A stretch of DNA of 64,000 nt, taken from positions 1-64,000 of the IMG/VR virus record IMGVR_UViG_3300021963_009201. One strand, written 5' to 3'. The notes under the pieces were generated by a model that was given only the letters and a program-made list of their open reading frames with translations, was not told the DNA's origin and searched no databases. This DNA comes from a virus. Shown piece by piece: positions 59,221-64,000 of this stretch (position 1 is its first letter; each line of letters opens with the position of its first letter). Both the position numbers and the translations under genes were made by a program.

Positions 59221-62200
59221 ATGAAAACTTATTTTTTACGACTAAAAAATAGTGATTTTACGCTTGTTGATAACCAATTGGTTACGGGTGTTATCGACCT
59301 GTACGACAACACTAATTCGGCGATGGCGACACCATCTTATGTTAATTATGTTACCGAAAGGACCACTTATGGAACTGACCTTTTGGGCGACAATACTTGG
59401 ACTGGTTTTAACGTAATAGATGATTCTTCTAGCCCATCTATAGTGACAGAATCAGGCTATGTTAAAGATGGTAGGTTTGTTGATACTACAGCTAAAATTG
59501 ATATATCAACTTGGGAAATTAATTTTATTAATACGCCTTTTGACATCAGTCCTTATCTTACATTTTACTATAACGATGTTTCAACATTAAATTTCCCTGA
59601 CGAGTGGCTATCTACTGATCGCGCCGGCAGGAACGATGGGTTATATTTACCGGATAGCCCAAGATACTGTAAGCTTGTATTAGATCTAGAATCTCAGTCT
59701 GACACTTCTTCGGTAGATTTTAATTTATTTATTAGGGTAAGAATTGGCAAGCCTGTAATAGCTCCACTCTACGATAGAACTCGTGGGATTTTGCGGAAAT
59801 TTCCTGAATGGATGGAATTACGGAATGATTCCGTAACCCAGGCAACACCTAGCCTTGCTACACCAAACACTATCGCTGGTTCATTTATTAATGCATTAGC
59901 AGGCGAATGGTTAGAGGATATATCTCGCGATTTAAGCTATATCCAAATTCAAAAGTTTATTGAGGAAGCGGATATCACTCAGCTTGCCTGGGCATATATA
60001 TGCAATGGCGTCCCAGACACTTTTGCAAGCGTTTCTGGTGATGGTGTAATGCTTTCTCGCGTCGCAACCGCAGAGGATTTTGTTGAGTTACTAGAAAGCG
60101 ATGATGCATTTTTCTGGGATGAAGACAGTAGTATAGTCTACACCCGAAAAGTTTATACGACCCTACAAATCGATGACTCAATTTATGCCCAGAATATTAC
60201 CCATATATGGAATTGGTTTGACGAGCACGGGCTAACTGTAGACCTAGAGCGCCATAAGGGTGAATCAAATGATTCTTTTAAGAAGAGAATCTTAGATGTA
60301 TACAAGAACAAGCCAGGCGTAGGTATTGAGTCGTTCAAGCTAGCCTTAAGGCGAGAGCTGAACTTGTGGCTATACGAGGGCGCAACGCCGGATTCATCCT
60401 ATGTTGGTGCAACACCCGAAGTCCTAGAAATTAGAGATATATTCGATCACACCGATTATGTAGGTTATGACGGGCTTCCTACTGATAAACTTAAGTATTT
60501 AATTTCGTATCTTTCGGATAAGTATCCAACAACATGGGGTTATTTCAGGTGGAATGAAGCTTATTGGGACATTGATGGGGAAAATTCAAAAGGTTTTACC
60601 TATATCCCAGGTAAATACGACGCAAATTTGTCGCCAGAAAATAGTTTATATTCTGGCGTGGGCGATGATTTAGACCTTTATATTCATAAACCGGATTATT
60701 TAACTGGCCCACAAAGTTTCAGTATTAGCGCAACTGCACGTGGTTTTGAAAAAAGTTCTATTACAGATTATTCCCCCATTAACCTCGATATAGAGATATA
60801 CGGAACTGCAGAAAAAAACGCCTACGTTAAGCAGGGTGTTGACACGTGGATTAACGCAAAAGCAACATCGTCGAGTGGTCGTGTTTACAGGGCAAATACC
60901 CTGATTGATATAGACCCAGAAACCCTACCATATAGCGGAAGTACACCAAACACTTATAGCGCATCTAGAAGACTGCCTATAGCTGATTACGAAAAGTTGA
61001 TACCTCAGCTTAATTGGTTTGATATTGAGCTTGAGCGGAGTATTGGTACATACATTAAGAGCCTGCAAATAAAGATAGCAGATATTACTGGCGATTATGT
61101 TTTTCAAATGCCAAGAGGATCAGTTTACAATTCTGAAAATCCATCTTTTGTTGTCGGTAATCAAATAACGCTTTATGCAGGTGACGCCTATATTTTTGGT
61201 ACAATTAAAGAAATATCTCAAACCTCTAATGTATATAACGACGAAATTGATTGGTTTGACTATTTAACAGTAACTAATACCACTAGCTACGGCAACATAA
61301 CTAGGCAAGATTGGACGATACCGAATTTACTTTACCTAGTAAACGAAGAAGCGACACCATCATTCCTTTTGGATTCGTTGGAAGTTGGTTTTGGAAAATA
61401 CAATCTAATACCTAACGATGTTATACAGAGTAATGAATCTGTTATTTTTTCTACTGTAACAACTGGCGCCACGCCAGTTACTCTCTATTATGGGGTTTAT
61501 GGTTTTGGCAGTGGAACAATATCTTCAGCGACTCCTGCAATTTCTATTGATCAAGAAATAGTTCTACATAGAACTTACTCCACTATTCATGGAACAGTTT
61601 ATTATGTGGATACTAATGTTTCCGGCGCAGCTCCTAATTCCTTAATTGAGGAAGCAAAGGGTATTGCTACAGAAAATGGCTTCGATGAATATATATTAGT
61701 CGAGATCTCTACCCTTACCGATGGGTGGCAGGAGACTGATGGCTGGGAAATATGGCTAGGCGGGTATTATGGGTTGAGTGATTATCCGACAGATAATTTT
61801 TCCCTATACCTTAATGACAATGTAGAATCAGCAACGCCAACGGACTATATATCATCTATCGCTGCAACACCGGGGACTATCTTGTCGTCCGATTTGCAAG
61901 GCAACCCTGAAGTTTTTGTTTCTTCTCAGGAGTTTACCGAAATAAATGATTATAGGTGGTATTCTGACAAGTTTAAATATAGTGTCACTTTAAACCGCGG
62001 GGATGCCCCCGCTAATCAATCTAGCTGGGTTATACCAACTCCAGATATCTTTTGGGATCCGTATATATCCACTCCATCTACAAAAGATATATTTATAGAA
62101 CTTATTACCTCTGACGATGAAGGAAATTTTGGGGCTTTTACAGTTGATTCGTTAGGTAATGAGATTTTTATACCTAAAGAAAATATATTAGTAAATGGAA

Positions 62201-64000
62201 CTAGTAACTGGGTAGATAAAAGCAGCCTATCACTAAATAGCGCATACTCAATCGGGGATACTGGACCAAGTGGTGGGATCATATTCTTAACACCCAATAC
62301 GCCAGGTAACACTACTGGTAGATATTTTGAGGCGGCACCAGTTTCGTCTGAGACAATTGCCTTACCCCCAGCGTTAGGGGGTGGAAGTGTAAATACGGTT
62401 GAATGGGCTCAGTCTGCCTTTTATGGTGAGTTGGTAGACGGCGCAAACTTAATAGATTTGTCGTCTGGACTTCAAAATACTGTAGATATTGTTGCTCAAG
62501 GTAATACAGAATTTTCCGCCGCCCAGTATTGTTACGGTACGACTATAGGTGGCAATTCAGATTGGTATCTACCATCTTTGGGAGAAATGCAATTTGTTTT
62601 AGATAACATTCTTTCTGGCGATCTTAGCGGAAAGACTTATTGGACTTCAACTCAGTACAGTGCCACAGAGGCGTATAGTATTCACTCCGTAAATGGTCAG
62701 CAGACGGGACTCAAAGACGAAAACAATTATGTTCGTCCAATCCGTAGTTTTGAACTTGTAACTCCGCAATACACGGAGGAAAGTGGATACGTACATGTCA
62801 TCGATTATTCTACCGACACTATAGAAATATCGTTAGATTTAACAGGTTTAACAAATTACCCAACTCAACGCGTTATTTATTCATCTTTTGAGGAAACAAT
62901 ACCGGATGTTGCTTCTGGGGTGGTGGATGAAAATGGGCCGTGGGTTAATGGGATAAAGCCAAGAAAAAACTCTGATAACTACAATTTTAAAACTTTAGAA
63001 TTTTCTAGGTCAGATTTTGGAATACCAAATGACGAAAACCACATAGTTACGTGGATTGGGGTAAGTTCTAGTAATGATTTAGTTGTTGTGTGGACCGACA
63101 ACAATACAGTTAAACCGGCTTTTGACGTCGCCTGGAAAAATAATAGTTCTTTTGCCCCTAATAGCATTATTGAATCGGGCAGCGGTTCTTACACTTACTC
63201 TAGTTTTACCGTAAGGGCAAAATTAAAGGTAGACGTAAATGTCCAATGGAACCCAAAAATGCATAGCGGTTGGTTTTTTGATGCAGGACGTGAATACTAT
63301 TCGTATGCCGACCCCATTGAAGAAATAGCGTCACCAGGCTTAGACGGTGCGACATTAAATAGTTTCTACGCTAGAAGTGTTGTGCGCCAGGGTGCGCCAG
63401 TAATCGCAAAAGCCTTAAGTGCTACTCCAGTTGATTTAAGGAGAGTTTCATTCTTTGATGACGATATTAACTTAACGCTTAAAAATAGGCAATATTTGTA
63501 CGGGAATGATAGTGACACTCTGTATCTGGCTTACGACGACGTTTACGATGCAACCGTTTCTGACGTAACTTCAGGAACTGTTTTGGGTACTAATTACTCA
63601 ACTTCTACTAATCAAATCAACATTGGTACAACGTCTTCTAAAGAAAATATTTACGAAATTCAATATAAGTTGAAAAACTCTTATTATGTAGATAATGAGT
63701 CTATTAGTCCGAACGGAAATTTGGTTTCTAAATTTGTGTTTGATAGCACACCTTCGGATGCAACCCCATATAGTATTACCTACGAAAATTCAATTAGAGA
63801 CAGCTCGACACCCATAGATATTCCATTAAACCCAAATTATACAAGTATTGAAGAAGGGTTTATCTTTTTAAGCTTCAATGAATATGAGGCTTCAACACCT
63901 ATTGTAAGAGTTAGTCCCGGAACGTTAGTTGCTGACGGTGAAGATTATGCGTTAGTGACTATTCATTCGGTAGATGTGAATGGCAACCCTAAACCAAATC
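59221..64000 (+). CDS. Large baseplate wedge / fibre-anchor protein (3' truncated, at least 1593 aa; absent from ORF track)
   Basis: I translated 59221-64000 with no stop codon. W.WFDEHGL...R..GESN..FK.RILDV...PG.G wedge motif; internal DUF1566/Lcl-type domain (62242-62751); Ig-like Big_1 start (LVADG...VTIHSVDVNGNP) at the window edge. Confidence 0.85.
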   Translation, partial: MKTYFLRLKNSDFTLVDNQLVTGVIDLYDNTNSAMATPSYVNYVTERTTYGTDLLGDNTWTGFNVIDDSSSPSIVTESGYVKDGRFVDTTAKIDISTWEINFINTPFDISPYLTFYYNDVSTLNFPDEWLSTDRAGRNDGLYLPDSPRYCKLVLDLESQSDTSSVDFNLFIRVRIGKPVIAPLYDRTRGILRKFPEWMELRNDSVTQATPSLATPNTIAGSFINALAGEWLEDISRDLSYIQIQKFIEEADITQLAWAYICNGVPDTFASVSGDGVMLSRVATAEDFVELLESDDAFFWDEDSSIVYTRKVYTTLQIDDSIYAQNITHIWNWFDEHGLTVDLERHKGESNDSFKKRILDVYKNKPGVGIESFKLALRRELNLWLYEGATPDSSYVGATPEVLEIRDIFDHTDYVGYDGLPTDKLKYLISYLSDKYPTTWGYFRWNEAYWDIDGENSKGFTYIPGKYDANLSPENSLYSGVGDDLDLYIHKPDYLTGPQSFSISATARGFEKSSITDYSPINLDIEIYGTAEKNAYVKQGVDTWINAKATSSSGRVYRANTLIDIDPETLPYSGSTPNTYSASRRLPIADYEKLIPQLNWFDIELERSIGTYIKSLQIKIADITGDYVFQMPRGSVYNSENPSFVVGNQITLYAGDAYIFGTIKEISQTSNVYNDEIDWFDYLTVTNTTSYGNITRQDWTIPNLLYLVNEEATPSFLLDSLEVGFGKYNLIPNDVIQSNESVIFSTVTTGATPVTLYYGVYGFGSGTISSATPAISIDQEIVLHRTYSTIHGTVYYVDTNVSGAAPNSLIEEAKGIATENGFDEYILVEISTLTDGWQETDGWEIWLGGYYGLSDYPTDNFSLYLNDNVESATPTDYISSIAATPGTILSSDLQGNPEVFVSSQEFTEINDYRWYSDKFKYSVTLNRGDAPANQSSWVIPTPDIFWDPYISTPSTKDIFIELITSDDEGNFGAFTVDSLGNEIFIPKENILVNGTSNWVDKSSLSLNSAYSIGDTGPSGGIIFLTPNTPGNTTGRYFEAAPVSSETIALPPALGGGSVNTVEWAQSAFYGELVDGANLIDLSSGLQNTVDIVAQGNTEFSAAQYCYGTTIGGNSDWYLPSLGEMQFVLDNILSGDLSGKTYWTSTQYSATEAYSIHSVNGQQTGLKDENNYVRPIRSFELVTPQYTEESGYVHVIDYSTDTIEISLDLTGLTNYPTQRVIYSSFEETIPDVASGVVDENGPWVNGIKPRKNSDNYNFKTLEFSRSDFGIPNDENHIVTWIGVSSSNDLVVVWTDNNTVKPAFDVAWKNNSSFAPNSIIESGSGSYTYSSFTVRAKLKVDVNVQWNPKMHSGWFFDAGREYYSYADPIEEIASPGLDGATLNSFYARSVVRQGAPVIAKALSATPVDLRRVSFFDDDINLTLKNRQYLYGNDSDTLYLAYDDVYDATVSDVTSGTVLGTNYSTSTNQINIGTTSSKENIYEIQYKLKNSYYVDNESISPNGNLVSKFVFDSTPSDATPYSITYENSIRDSSTPIDIPLNPNYTSIEEGFIFLSFNEYEASTPIVRVSPGTLVADGEDYALVTIHSVDVNGNPKPN

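Noticed and set aside
62630-62750. Active diversity-generating retroelement
   Set aside because: No second adenine-variant copy (template repeat) and no reverse transcriptase were found in this window; only the domain is reported.

Overview
The whole 64 kb window is one co-directional (+ strand) virion morphogenesis region of a large tailed phage with a contractile tail. It encodes portal, prohead protease/scaffold, major capsid protein, neck proteins, two sheath paralogs, three tube paralogs, two tail chaperones, a tape-measure-like giant protein, a 3096-aa baseplate hub, spike, gp25-like and J-like wedge proteins, and a wedge protein of at least 1593 aa that runs off the window end. Interspersed are collagen-like and tail-collar fibre modules, two glycosyltransferases, a methyltransferase and a metallophosphoesterase. 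The peptidoglycan hydrolase types suggest a Gram-positive, probably actinobacterial, host (inference). No terminase, replication, tRNA or CRISPR features were seen. The most notable observations are: (1) a 1441-aa protein next to the tape measure with motifs resembling a single-chain two-barrel RNA polymerase with an atypical GGPDFDD catalytic loop; (2) strong enrichment of the tripeptide Ala-Thr-Pro in predicted outer virion proteins, a candidate sequon for the phage glycosyltransferases; (3) three adjacent genes sharing one N-terminal domain fused to three different peptidoglycan hydrolases; (4) an intact thermonuclease domain at the C-terminus of the baseplate hub; (5) a DGR-target-type C-type-lectin domain inside the wedge protein; (6) a cryptic 6 x 26-27 aa repeat protein. 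All calls come from motif recognition by eye; no database searches were run.
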